Numbered from the stretch's first letter, positions 48,701-59,480 are shown. The stretch: DNA of 64,000 bases from an uncultured Gemmatimonadales bacterium (GCA_963741945.1 CAVUKA010000006.1:252486-316485), one strand, 5' to 3'. Notes: a model not told the origin generated them from the letters alone. Translations and numbers: made by a program.

Positions 48701-51700
48701 GGCCGTGTCGCCCGCCATCGCCCACGCCCTCGGACGACCGCGCGTGCGACGGCGCCGGCCGCTCACGGCGGCCCAGGGCGACAGGGCACGGGATCTGGCG
48801 CTCCGGCACTGGCGCTACTTCGACCGCTTCAGCGATGCGGAGACGCAGTGGCTGGTGCCGGACAACGTGCAGGAAGATCCCGGCGCCGCTGTCGCCATGC
48901 GCACGTCGCCGACGAACATCGGCCTGCAGCTGCTGGCGATCGGCAGTGCCCACGACCTCGGCTTCATCACGCTCGAAGACATGACGCGCCGGCTGGAGCG
49001 CGTGTTCCGGTCGCTGGAGCGAATGCGGCGCTTCCGTGGGCACTTCTTCAACTGGTACGACCTGCACGACCTGAGCGTCCTGGAGCCAGCCTACGTCTCC
49101 ACCGTGGACAGCGGCAACCTCGCCGGCCATCTGCTCGCGGTCCGGCAGGCCTGCCTGGAGGCGCGCCCCGAGCACGGGGACGACGGCGCGGTTCCTCCCG
49201 TGCTGCGCGCCCGGCTGGACGTGCTGGCCAGCCGCGCCGGCGATTACGTCACCGAGATGGACTTCGGCTTCCTCTTCGACGAGGAGCGCGAGCTCTTCTC
49301 CATCGGCTATCAGTTCGCCAGCCGCTCTCTCGACCTTTCCTACTACGACCTGCTCGCATCCGAGTCGCGACTCGCGAGCTTCGTCGCGGTCGCCAAGAAC
49401 GACGTGCCGCTCGACCACTGGTTCCGACTCGGGCGGTCGCTGACCCACGCGTCGGGAGCCACCGCGCTGGTCTCCTGGAGCGGCAGCATGTTCGAGTACC
49501 TGATGCCGGCGCTCGTCATGCGCTCCTATCCCGCCACCCTCCTCGATCAGACGTACCGCGGCGCCGTGCAACGCCAGATCGCCCACGGCGCCCGGCGCAG
49601 GGTGCCCTGGGGCGTGAGCGAGAGCGCGTACAACCTGCGCGACCACCAGCTCACCTATCAGTACCGCGCGTTCGGCGTGCCGGACCTGGGCCTCAAGCGC
49701 GGGCTCGGCCGTAACCTCGTCATCGCCCCGTACGCCACCGCCCTGGCGCTGCAGGTAGAGCCGGACCGCGCGCTGGACAACCTGGCCGTGCTCGCCGGCA
49801 TGGACGCGCTCGGGCCATACGGATTCCGCGACGCCATCGATTACACCCGACCGGATCCCGACCGGGACTACGCCGTGGTGGGCAACTACATGGCGCACCA
49901 CATCGGCATGAGCCTCGTCGCGCTGACCAACGTGCTCACCGGCGACGTGTGGCAGCGACGGTTCCACGCCGACCCCCTGGTGCGGTCGGCGGAGCTCCTG
50001 CTCCATGAGCGCATCCCGCGCCGCCTCGTGCTGCACCCCGCAAAGCCGGCGAGCGCCGAGGGTGCGCCGGCACGCCCGGACGTCGAGGGCCAGGCCGTCC
50101 GCGAGTTCACTGGTCTCCACACGCAGCGGCCCCACGTGGCGCTGCTCGGCCGTCAGCCCTACACCGTGATGGTGACCCACGCGGGCTCCGGGTTCTCGCG
50201 CTACGATGACGTCGCCGTGACGCGCTGGCGCGCCGACGGGACCACGGACGCCATGGGCCAGTTCTGCTACGTGAGGGACGTGACCAGCGACCGCGTCTGG
50301 TCGGCCGCCCACCAGCCGGTGTGCGCCCCGGCCGACGCGTACCGCGCGCTGCTCGCCAGTGACCGCGTGACGTTCGACCGGTCCGATGGAGACATCGAGA
50401 CACGGACCGAGATCAGCGTGGTGCCGGACGACGGCGCCGAAGTGCGCTGCGTCACGGTCACCAACCACGCGGACGACCCCCGGGAGATCGAGCTCACGAG
50501 CTACGGCGAGGTGGTGCTGGGGCCGGCGGACGCCGACCGGGCCCACCCGGCGTTCGCCAATCTGTTCGTCGAGACGGAATGGCACGAGTGGTGTTCGGCC
50601 CTCACCGCCACGCGGCGGCCGCGTTCGGCGGCGGAGCCGGCCCTCTGGTGCGTGCACGTGATGGACGCCGGCACCGCGCGGGTCGGCCCCGTCTCCTGCG
50701 AGACGGACCGCGCCCGCTTCATCGGCCGCGGCCGCACCACCCGGGCGCCGGCCGCTCTCGATGGTCCCGGCCCGCTCTCCGGAACCACCGGCGCCGTGCT
50801 CGACCCCATCTTCGCGCTGCGCACGCGGCTGCGCCTGGCCGCCGGGGAGTCGGCCACGGTGACGTTCACCACGCTGGTCGCCGCCACGCGGGAGGGCGCG
50901 TTCGAGCTGGCCGACCGGTACCACGATCCGCATACCGCCCAGCGCGCGCTCGACCTGGCGTGGACCTCCCACCAGGTCGAGCTGCGGGAGCGGGACCTGA
51001 CGCCGGCGGACGCGGCCATCTTCCAGGAGCTCGCCGGCTGCCTCCTCTATCCCCACCCGGCACTGCGGGCCACGCCGGAGGAGATGGACCGCAATCGGGG
51101 CGCGCAGCCGCTCCTCTGGTCCGCGGGGCTCTCCGGCGACAGGCGCATCATCCTCGCCACCCTCGACGGCACGGACGGGCTGCCGACGCTGCGGCAGGTC
51201 GGCGCCGCCCACCAGTTCTGGCGCCGCCGCGGCCTCGCCGCGGACCTGGTCGTCCTGTTCGCCCAGCCCGCGTCCTACCTGAAGGAGCTGCAGGACCGGA
51301 TCATGGAGACGCTCTTCACCATCGGCGGCACGGAGCTCGATCGGCCCGGTGGTGTCTTCCTCCGCAACGTCGAGTCGCTGGACGCGGAGACGCTGCTCAT
51401 GCTGCGCGCTACGGCCCGGCTCATCCTGCCGTGCGACGGGCGCTCGCTCACGCATCTCGGCGACGTGGTCATGGGGTCTACACCTGGCTCCACAGACCCC
51501 ATGACGCCCGCGACGGCGCCGCGGACCCCCGAGCGACAGCCGGCACGGGTGTCCGCCCTCGAGCGCTGGACGCACATCCGCATACCCGCCCGCAGGTCGG
51601 CCGACCTCCCGCCGCCGAAGCTCGCCGGCGCCACGGATACCGCTCCGCCGGCGTCAGACGCCGCAGGGTCGGGCCAGCCGGGTGATCACACCGCCGTCGA

Positions 51701-54149
51701 CACGGACGGCGCGAGGCTCATGTTCGACAACGGGCTGGGTGGGCTCGATGCCACCGGGGATTATGTGATCCGCGTCGCGGGCGACGCCGTGCCGCCCGCG
51801 CCGTGGGTCAACGTCGTCGCCCATCAGCGGGGCGGGTTCATCGTCAGCGAGCGCGGGGCCGGCTGCACCTGGGCGGACAGCAGCTACTTCTTCCGCCTCA
51901 CGCCGTGGCACAACGACCCCGTCAGCGACCCGATCTCCGACGTCCTGTACCTCCAGGACGAGGCGTCCGGCGACACGTGGAGCGCCACGCCCGCGCCGCT
52001 GGGGCACGACACTGCGTACACCATCCGGCACGGCGCTGGCGAGTCGGTCTTCGAGGCCGAGAGAAACGGCATCGCCACCCGCCTCACCCTCGGCATGGCC
52101 GCCGACGAGCCGGTGCGGCTGTCGGTGCTGCGGGTCACCAATCGCGACACCGTCGAGCGCCGCATCCAGCTCACCGCGTACGTCGAATGGACCCTCGGCG
52201 CCCAGCGCGAGCGCACGATGCACCACGTGCGCACCGCATTCGAGCCGGCCCTCGGCGCGGTCTTCGCCCGCAACCACTTCGACCCGCAGTTCCACGACCA
52301 CGTCGCGTTCTGCGCGCTGAGCGAGCCGGTCACCGGCCACACCGGCGACCGCCGCTCCTTCCTCGGACGGAACGGGAGCGTGAAGGCGCCCGCCGTGCTC
52401 CGGGGGCGTCAGATCTCCGGCGCGACAGGCACCGGCCTCGACCCGTGCGCCGCGCTCCAGTGCGCCCTTGTGCTCGCTCCCGGCGAGTCCCGCGAGGTGG
52501 TGGTGTCCCTCGGCGCCGCCGCCACCGAGGCGGAGGCACGCCGGCTCGTGACCCGGTTCCGCGGCCTGGACGAAGCCACGGCGGCCGCAGCCCGCACGGT
52601 CGAGCAGTGGCGCCAGCGCCTTTCGGTCATCACCGTCCGTACCCCCGATCCGGCGTTCGACGCGCTGCTCAACCGCTGGCTGCCATACCAGACGCTGGCC
52701 TGCCGCATGTGGGCGCGCTCGGCACTCTACCAGAGCAGCGGCGCCTACGGCTTCCGCGACCAGCTCCAGGACGCCCTCGCCCTCGTTCACGCCGAGCCGG
52801 CGCTGGCGCGGGAGCACATCCTGCGCGCCGCCGCGCGCCAGTTCCTCGAGGGCGATGTCCAGCACTGGTGGCACCCGCACACCGGCGCCGGCGTGCGCAC
52901 CCGCTTCTCCGATGACCTCGCCTGGCTGCCCTGGGTCGTCGACGAGTACGTCACCCGGACCGGCGACGGCTCCGTGCTGGACGAGTACGTGCCCTTCCTG
53001 ACCATGCGCCCCCTCGAGCCGGGCGAGGACGAGATCTACGACGTACCCGGCACCAGTGATGAGCACGGCAGCGTCTACGAGCACTGCCTGCGCGCGCTCC
53101 GTCGCGCGTCCACGGCGGGGCCCCACGGGCTGCCGCTCATCGGCACGGGCGACTGGAACGACGGAATGAACCGCGTCGGCGTGGAGGGCCGGGGTGAGAG
53201 TGTGTGGCTCGCCTGGTTCCTCATCGCCACCCTCCGCGCGTTCGCCGTGCGCGCCGCGGAGCGCGGGGATGGCGAGATGGCCGGTGAGATGCGCCGCCAG
53301 GCCGAAGCGTACGTGGCCGCCGTGCAGGCCCACGGCTGGGACGGCGGATGGTACCTGCGCGCATTTTTCGACGACGGCACACCCCTCGGCTCTAGCGACA
53401 GCGACGAATGCCGCATCGACTCCATCGCGCAGAGCTGGAGCGTGATCTCCGGGGCCGGCGCTCCCGGGCGCCAGGCCCGGGCCATGCGCGCCCTCGAGGA
53501 GCACCTTGTGGACGAGGACGCCCGGGTCATCCGACTTCTCACGCCCCCGTTCGACGAGTCCCCGAACGATCCCGGGTACATCAAGGGGTATCTGCCCGGC
53601 GTGCGGGAGAACGGCGCCCAGTACACCCACGCAGCCGCCTGGGCCGTCCTCGCCACCGCGCGTCTGGGCGGCGGCGGTCGCGCGTTCGAGCTGTTCCAGA
53701 TGCTCAATCCGCTGCTGCACACCCGGACCCCTGAAGAGGTCGCCACTTACAAGGTCGAGCCCTACGTCATCGCAGCGGATGTCTATACGGCGCCCGGTCA
53801 CCTCGGCAGGGGCGGCTGGACCTGGTACACCGGCGCGGCGGGCTGGATGTACCGGGTCGGACTCGAGGCCATCCTCGGCTTCGACAGGCGCGGCAACGTG
53901 CTCCGCATCACGCCCCGCGTGCCCGCCGCCTGGCCGGAAATGACCATCGAGTACCGCTTCGGCACCTCGCGCTACACGATCGTGGTGGACGAGCCCGGCA
54001 CATTCGCCGACGGCGCCCGGACGGAGGTGACCTTCGACGGGTGCGTCCTCGATGGCCCGGATATCCCGCTGGTGGACGACGGGAGGGCGCACCGGGTGCT
54101 CGTGCGGGCCACGGCGTCGGCAACGCGACTCTCCGCCGGCGGGCCGTAG
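45711..54149 (+). CDS. ndvB: Cyclic beta-1,2-glucan synthase (NdvB/ChvB/Cgs; GT84 plus glucoamylase-like plus GH94 domains)
   Basis: EWLLDNF, WMGWERKRGKL, ITLDADT, GILQPRV, LLSHDL.EG, RWIRGDWQ, TSPTNIG, SWSGSMFEY, QSSGAYGFRDQLQD, GDWNDG, RENGAQYTH. Conserved-looking coding extends upstream of GTG 45837 to a probable ATA start. Confidence 0.95.
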   Translation: MALPRLLAFLRPAATSGRDELLAGPIQGALLGTDQLAEKARAVARREGMRPPTRSRTRRRREAALLLRLSQTRRILDDAHAALSAGAARDVDVGPAGEWLLDNFHVVQEHIREVHEALPRGYYRELPELATGRLAGYPRVYELAIALISHSEARIDLENLELFVSAYQSVTPLAIGELWALPAMFRIALIESVRRMTLRTMRRMQEIEDADAWALRVEAASEQGADALGHALDAFVRAPPRLTAVFIARFLHQLRLTRGAYLPLVEIEAWISERMVTDEVASARATQHLALTQVMMANSITSLRTIAQLDWRTFVERQSAMESILRTDPAACHSRMTFGTRDHYRHVVERIARRTGRPEEGVARMAVDLARAAANDHGLEDVRAHVGYYLVDDGLRELEAATRYRPRVWEGLHRWVLRHPDATFVSSLLTGMVAALVAELWLVGPDARGVWIPILLLALIPASHVVLAVVDQLVTTLLPPRTLPRLDLSERDAVPAKLRTAVVVPTLFDSTAAVDEAFDHLEVQFLANRGAHLHFAVLSDFTDAAAETLGEDAAIVAAAVARVQDLNDRYAPLGGDAFYLFHRPRRWNARQGVWMGWERKRGKLAEFNRFLRGGARDAFTTIAGNVEPLGDVRHVITLDADTVLPPGSAADLIGTLAHPLNRAVYDPDRGRVVRGYGILQPRVSVTLPSAHRSRFSAIHSGHPGVDPYTTATSDVYQDLFGEGSFTGKGIYEVDIFDQATHGRFPENTLLSHDLIEGSYARAGLVTSILVYDDYPASYLTFTRRKHRWIRGDWQLLRWLTPRVPGPHGPEANRLPMLSRWKIFDNLRRSMVEIGLMLFLVAGWLLLPGSALVWTALALGTVAAPWVVSLLLAALRPPLDRSWRAYYASVGRDARTAAQQLALAVAFLPHQAWVSANAIIRTLWRLGVSKRNLLEWETASTAERGAGTGRALVWRAMAPAAAVAVAIALVAMARSAGTDGGALWWPDLVAIGGLAALWAVSPAIAHALGRPRVRRRRPLTAAQGDRARDLALRHWRYFDRFSDAETQWLVPDNVQEDPGAAVAMRTSPTNIGLQLLAIGSAHDLGFITLEDMTRRLERVFRSLERMRRFRGHFFNWYDLHDLSVLEPAYVSTVDSGNLAGHLLAVRQACLEARPEHGDDGAVPPVLRARLDVLASRAGDYVTEMDFGFLFDEERELFSIGYQFASRSLDLSYYDLLASESRLASFVAVAKNDVPLDHWFRLGRSLTHASGATALVSWSGSMFEYLMPALVMRSYPATLLDQTYRGAVQRQIAHGARRRVPWGVSESAYNLRDHQLTYQYRAFGVPDLGLKRGLGRNLVIAPYATALALQVEPDRALDNLAVLAGMDALGPYGFRDAIDYTRPDPDRDYAVVGNYMAHHIGMSLVALTNVLTGDVWQRRFHADPLVRSAELLLHERIPRRLVLHPAKPASAEGAPARPDVEGQAVREFTGLHTQRPHVALLGRQPYTVMVTHAGSGFSRYDDVAVTRWRADGTTDAMGQFCYVRDVTSDRVWSAAHQPVCAPADAYRALLASDRVTFDRSDGDIETRTEISVVPDDGAEVRCVTVTNHADDPREIELTSYGEVVLGPADADRAHPAFANLFVETEWHEWCSALTATRRPRSAAEPALWCVHVMDAGTARVGPVSCETDRARFIGRGRTTRAPAALDGPGPLSGTTGAVLDPIFALRTRLRLAAGESATVTFTTLVAATREGAFELADRYHDPHTAQRALDLAWTSHQVELRERDLTPADAAIFQELAGCLLYPHPALRATPEEMDRNRGAQPLLWSAGLSGDRRIILATLDGTDGLPTLRQVGAAHQFWRRRGLAADLVVLFAQPASYLKELQDRIMETLFTIGGTELDRPGGVFLRNVESLDAETLLMLRATARLILPCDGRSLTHLGDVVMGSTPGSTDPMTPATAPRTPERQPARVSALERWTHIRIPARRSADLPPPKLAGATDTAPPASDAAGSGQPGDHTAVDTDGARLMFDNGLGGLDATGDYVIRVAGDAVPPAPWVNVVAHQRGGFIVSERGAGCTWADSSYFFRLTPWHNDPVSDPISDVLYLQDEASGDTWSATPAPLGHDTAYTIRHGAGESVFEAERNGIATRLTLGMAADEPVRLSVLRVTNRDTVERRIQLTAYVEWTLGAQRERTMHHVRTAFEPALGAVFARNHFDPQFHDHVAFCALSEPVTGHTGDRRSFLGRNGSVKAPAVLRGRQISGATGTGLDPCAALQCALVLAPGESREVVVSLGAAATEAEARRLVTRFRGLDEATAAAARTVEQWRQRLSVITVRTPDPAFDALLNRWLPYQTLACRMWARSALYQSSGAYGFRDQLQDALALVHAEPALAREHILRAAARQFLEGDVQHWWHPHTGAGVRTRFSDDLAWLPWVVDEYVTRTGDGSVLDEYVPFLTMRPLEPGEDEIYDVPGTSDEHGSVYEHCLRALRRASTAGPHGLPLIGTGDWNDGMNRVGVEGRGESVWLAWFLIATLRAFAVRAAERGDGEMAGEMRRQAEAYVAAVQAHGWDGGWYLRAFFDDGTPLGSSDSDECRIDSIAQSWSVISGAGAPGRQARAMRALEEHLVDEDARVIRLLTPPFDESPNDPGYIKGYLPGVRENGAQYTHAAAWAVLATARLGGGGRAFELFQMLNPLLHTRTPEEVATYKVEPYVIAADVYTAPGHLGRGGWTWYTGAAGWMYRVGLEAILGFDRRGNVLRITPRVPAAWPEMTIEYRFGTSRYTIVVDEPGTFADGARTEVTFDGCVLDGPDIPLVDDGRAHRVLVRATASATRLSAGGP

Positions 54150-54204
54150 AACCCGCATCATCCTGAAGCTCGAGTACTTCGAGCCGGAGCAGGCCGGCAG
54201 GTTC

Positions 54205-54639
54205 TCACCGGACTGATCGCTCGAATGCCCACGCCGCGTGCTCCCGCACCAGCTCGCTCTCGTCCGCCACGGCCTCCCGCAGCACCGCCACCGCCTCCTG
54301 CGGCGCCTCGTCCACGGACGCCAACCAGTTCCCCATTGCCATGGCGACGTTGCGCCTGAAGCCGGAATACCCCGCCCGCCGCATCGCTGACCCCCGCGTC
54401 CACCGATCCCACTCCTCCCGCGACATCGACATCAGATCCACGAGCCGCGGCCCCGAGGTGCCCGGCAGCGAAGCGGCGCCCGGTGAGCCCGCCGCGCCCG
54501 GAACAGGGGTGGTCGAATCGCCGCGAAGCGGCGGCGTTAGGCCGGAGGCCGAAGGCGATCGAACCTCGCCCCGCGCCAGGTAATCCGCCTCCGCCGTGAC
54601 CTGAACCAGCTTCGTCGAGTTCCACGGGCAAACCTCCTG
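54205..54639 (-). pseudogene. queG: queG 3' fragment, copy 2
   Basis: QEVCPWN...GSAMRRAGYSGFRRNVAMAMGNW...LVREHAAWAF; same breakpoint as copy 1 but a different linker. Confidence 0.88.
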
Positions 54640-54693
54640 GGAAATGTGTCGACTCACCCGTTTCGAGATTTCGTTGCGGACGGGGCGCAGAAC
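54614..54693. repeat. Putative att junction 2
   Basis: Homologous to junction 1 and shares TCACCCGTTTCGAG; marks the left edge of the AT-richer island. Confidence 0.7.
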
Positions 54694-54805
54694 TGTAAGG
54701 AAGTAGGAGGGCGGAGGGCACGCGACTAGCGGCGTGTCGATAGCGGGGCAAAGGGACAAGAGGGCGACGCGACCCTCAAGCCCTATCAATGGGTAGTCGC
54801 GACAA

Positions 54806-55790
54806 CTACGTCCCCGGAGGACTGGGGGCAGCTCCGGGGCCGAGGTCGAGCGGCATCCTCTCCGAGCTCCCGTGTCCTACTGCTACAATGCCGTTATGGA
54901 TGAGATCCCCAAGCCACCGGGCGCGGTGAGCGCGAAGAGTCTTCGGGCTGTTCCGCCAGTAGACTGACGAAGCGACGAAGCGGAGTAGGTATGCTTGTCG
55001 CAGGTCCACCTTGTCCCAATAATGACGCGCGCGAACGTGATCAGGGCGAAGATATGGGTTCGCCCTAGCAGCAGCCGACTCCGCTCCGGATCGAAGACCT
55101 CATTGTGCAGAGGGATCGACAGATCGACCACTGCCTTTCGAGCATCCGTGCCGTGCGGTGGGCCGTCGCCGAACTGCACCGAGATCCGCTCGGGGAGGCA
55201 GTCGGTAAGATCGACGACAATGGCGCCCCCGTGGTAGCGGGGGCCGATCTCTGTCTGCTTCGCCGCCTCTGAGATAAGCCGCCGGGGGTCCACCTTCCCC
55301 GCTGGACGCTTGACTTCGACGGGATATCTTGAGAGGCCGTTCTCCACCACGAAATCTGGGCGCCGGCCCTTCGCAGTCGTGATGACACCAGTTGGCGTTC
55401 CTGAGTGAGCGAGCATCGCCCCAACCCAGAGCTGGCTCTGGTACTGAGCCGCGGTCGTTCCCCCGACCCCTAGAGTCCCCCCACCGAGTGCTGGAGATCT
55501 ACGGCCAGGGGCTGGAGTTCGTCGTCGGGTAGAACGGCCGCGATTTCGGCGAACTCCTGTGCATCGCGAGCGGCATGAGCTACCGCCGCCAGTTCAGATT
55601 CTGCCGTCGGGAAGCTGCCCGCGGCAGCCACACGACGGAGGAGCGCAGCGCTCCGGCCGAGACGCCCGGCGTCAATGACGCGAATACCCCATGCACGTAG
55701 GGACGCCACGGCCTCATCCATTCGGTCCGCAAGATCCGCCATACGTTCGGGAGTGAGAAGAGCCGCGTCTTCGGGTTGCGCAATTCTCAT
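54806..55790 (-). pseudogene. PD-(D/E)xK nuclease-like protein, frameshifted (three ORF pieces)
   Basis: ORFs 55470-55790, 54883-55416 and 54806-55009 join into one protein; RPDFVV...VEVKRP motif. Confidence 0.6.
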
Positions 55791-55803
55791 CGCGCCATGG
55801 GGA

Positions 55804-58800
55804 TCATGGCAGGTCCCGCTCTTCCGCCCATTGACGGGCCCTTCTGGCCTCCTCCCGGGCTGATTGCTCTTCGACAGCCGCCCATTCCCGGATCCGACGG
55901 GCCGGGTGGTTGAGGAATCTCCGAGCCACTGCAGCCTCCGCCTCATGCTCGGCCGCAATGTCGCCGCTGTAGACTTTGAAGCTATTCGTTCCCGCTGCGA
56001 ACTCGTGGAAGACGCGATCGTCTGTCTCAAACCGCGTCAGCAGCCATTCGGTGAAAGCCGGCACCACAGCGTGGTCATCCGAATCGATGTGCGGGGGTAC
56101 CAGAATGCCTGGCAATCTTTTGGGCCCCCTCGACGCCCACCCGTTCCAGCCACGCCATCTTGACTTGATCCGGTATCGATTCGAACAGGTTCCGATAGGT
56201 CCCAATGTGGAAGCGCCAGCCGACCAGTATCATCTAGCATGACACGCCCTAAGGCTTCCATCGTGATCTGGGGATCCTGGCGCGAGACTACGCTCAGTAC
56301 CTGCTGGACCTGGTCTTCGGCGCCGACCGGTCCATGTCCCAGTAGCCGCGCCGCGAACTCTGCCGCGCGTCCTGGGTCGTGGTTGGCCATCGCCGCCGCG
56401 ACGGTGCCCCACCAGTAGCTCTCCGGGGCCTCGTCGGCTGGCGTGCTCTCCGAGGATCTGCCAATGAATTCAATGAGGCGGGGCACCTCTACAAGTAGCG
56501 GCGGAGGAGCCTCCTCCAGGTCGCGTGGCAGCACTCTGGCGAGGGAATCGAGCGCGATTCGCTGGGCACGCTCATCCCCTTGGTCAGTGGCCGTGGCAAA
56601 CCGTTCGAAGAGTAGAGCCACATCTTCGTCATTCAGTTCGTCCAGACGCCCGAAGTTCGCGGGGTTCAGATAGCCGATGGGTACCCTGCCTTTGTCAAAG
56701 AGCCGAAGTACTCGTCCTAATGCTCCGACGGGTGCGCCCGCGCTTATGGCGATCGCTGCCGTGTTCTCCGGACGCTCATGCTCGTTCGCGTCCAGCCACT
56801 CGATCAGACGGTCAGCGTGTCGGGGATGCTCGCTCATTAACCCTCGCACATAGCCCCGAGCCAGAAGATCTGTGCCATCGTCGAGGGTGATCCACAGCAC
56901 CATTTCCAAAAGGGTAGCATTAGGTCGCGTTGGCCGAGCGCCTCTCCCAACTCCCCTGCAGCAACAGCTTCCTCGCTGGTTAGCCATGGAAGCTCCGACC
57001 GAAGAGCTTCATGGTCTGCGACGAGTTCGTCAGCTAAGGCAGCCAACTCCCGGTCCCAAGCATCGCTCTCGAGCCGCCCAGTTCCCCAGCGCTGCCGACC
57101 AACCGTGGATACGAGCCGGCCGTGCATGCCCTGTCCTATCAGGGCAGCTCGCCACTCTAGTAGCTGGTCCCGAAGCTCCAATGTGCCTTCGGCGTCATAC
57201 GTAAGGGCGGCATCGATGGACTCGAGCACGGCCACCTTGGCCGCGTCAGCCAATTCGACTTCGTCCAGGGATGCACGTGCCTGCGGCAGATAGCCTATGG
57301 CAGCTAGTCGGCGCAGGTTTCGAGCGAGTATCGCGATTGCCGCCTCGCGTGTTGCGGGCTCGAGGTGAAGCGCTTCCCTTATGAGCGCTAGCGCCGTTCT
57401 GAGTGCGTCCTGCTGCTCGCCATGTGTGCGGGGACGCCATTCCGCCGGTGGGATACGACCGGCTACGACCGGCGGCCCCAGGGTACGCGTGGCTCGCCAA
57501 TCAAGAGGAGACTCCAAGGCCGACGTTGCCACCCGCCGGACCTCGTCGACGTCGTCGTGCAGGCGCTCGCGGAGCAGAGACAATCGTTCTGCAAACGGGG
57601 TGGCGGTGCCGGAGAGGTGGATTCTGAAAAGCTGCTGCCAGATCCCGGTGGCGTTGTTTGATATATCAGGCTCGCTCTCAGCGGCGGCCAGACGAACGAG
57701 AATGCGTTCCGCATCAGCAAAGAACTCCGGAAACTGGGCAAACCGCTCGGCCAACCAAACCAGTCCTCGCCGGGGGCCCCAGCGTCCGCCGGCTTGAGCG
57801 GAACCCGTTATGCCGCGAAGCGCATCCAGATCAGCGCCATCGATGAGCTGTCGGACCACTGGGAGGTACCGATCTGGATCGGTATCGGTCAGCGCTACAA
57901 GCCTATCGACCGTCTCCACATCTCTGAGATCGGCAGTGGTGAGGGCGTCGGCCCAGCGCCGAAAGTAGTCGGCGCACACGCGCCGAACCTCCTTAGATCC
58001 GCTGCGCCATACCCGGCCGAGGAATGCGTCAACCAGTTCTGCGGGGAGAGAGGCCAAGAAGGCCTCGGCATCTGGCTCTATCCAGCGCCGCCAGGCTTCA
58101 TCGAATACGACCTGAGCGACGATCTCCGGGGTCACATAGAAGTACCGTCCTGCCTGCGCGGCGAACCCCGGACCCTCGTGCATCTGACGTAAGGCGTTGA
58201 CCATCTCCTTACGGGGGATCTCCGTCAGGGAGCAGAGCCGCTCCAGTTCGCCAGCCACCTCTCCGTTGTGACCGATCTTCGTTACGAGCGAGAGCGCCGC
58301 GAGGCACTCAAGCTGTTGGGGAGAGAGCCGTAGCCGCAGGTAATCTCCAACATGAGGCAGGGCAGGGCCTACATCCCCTGTGTCAGCGATCAGTGCATCG
58401 TGCCGACAAAGGTCAGCCGCAAGACGCGGAAAGCCTTCCGATAGGCGTGCGTACGCCCTGCGGCGGCGGTCTGGAATATCCGGGAAGTTCGCTTCCAGCA
58501 CCGCATCGACAGACTCGTCGGCATCTTGCCCATCGACAGCTCCGGATCGGGGGTAGCCGGTCTGGCCAAGGAGTTGTCGATCGCAATGACCCTGATGCGG
58601 TTAGAATGCCCGGACAGTAGCTCGTGCAGCTTGTGGCGTCCGGCCGGACCACACTCATCAGCCACCACGACGGCCCGGGTGCGCTCGTCGTTCGCGAGCA
58701 GCCGTGCAACATGCAGCACGGTTCCCTCGTCGTTGCAGTAGACGGTTGTACCGACCGCGCCCGGGGCGGCAGACACTACCTCGAAGACAGTTCGAGTCTT

Positions 58801-59480
58801 GCCGATTCCGGCCTCACCCTGGACCGTGCGAACAGCTGCCGCCGGTGTCATGCCGAAGTCAACGTGGGCGGCGAGCGATTCCTGTACTCCTGCCCAATCC
58901 GGTACGGGTACGTAGACCCTGGTGTTCGCGCGCGCGTTGGCCTCCCAGGCTCCCAAGTGGAGAACATCACGCGCGAGCGCCGGCTGAAAGAAGGAGAGGA
59001 CAAACCCGGGGTACCGATTCGCAAGTGCGGCGAGTTCGTCCGCAGTCACGACGCGAGCTGGCGGAGCTCCCGGGGTTATCTTTCGGGCTGCCGCGGTCAG
59101 GTCCATTTCCCACTGCGTTCAGTGGGGCCGGGCATGCTGTCGGCCAAGGCGAGCCGGAAAGCGTCGCCACTCTCAATGCGCTCCCTCACGAAAGAGCCAT
59201 CGAGCATGTCGTTGGTGGACACGTTCCGGTATTCGGTTCCCTTGTACTGCCATACGCTGGGGGACTCGAACCACCCCGAATCGTCACCATTTAGAGCGAC
59301 GCGCACGGTGGTATCGACACCGCCGTCCGGTATGTTTGTGCGGATGTTTGTTTCCACGTCGGCGTCCACGGCTCCGCAGACTGCAGCGTGGGTTCGGAGG
59401 AGGCCGTCCGCGAAGGAGGTGAACGGCACCCCTCCGCTGCCACGAAGGGCGAATATCCGGTCGGGGGTTATCGAGATCAT
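55804..59480 (-). pseudogene. Large nuclease-like + P-loop NTPase + helical-repeat protein (STAND-like), split by indels
   Basis: GGAGG RBS; N-terminal PDGGVD...WQYK; Walker A GEAGIGKT; Walker B VVVADE; long alpha-helical C-terminus; shifts near 59120, 58520, 56925, 56225, 56110. Confidence 0.72.

Larger units (their letters stand above)
45526..54639. mobile_element. Putative integrase-free cassette between two att-like junctions (9114 bp)
   Basis: Bounded by homologous junctions; contains only the glucan synthase gene and queG fragment 2. Confidence 0.55.

Noticed and set aside
45540-54161. Long minus-strand ORFs (863, 1022 and 835 aa)
   Set aside because: Antisense shadows of ndvB
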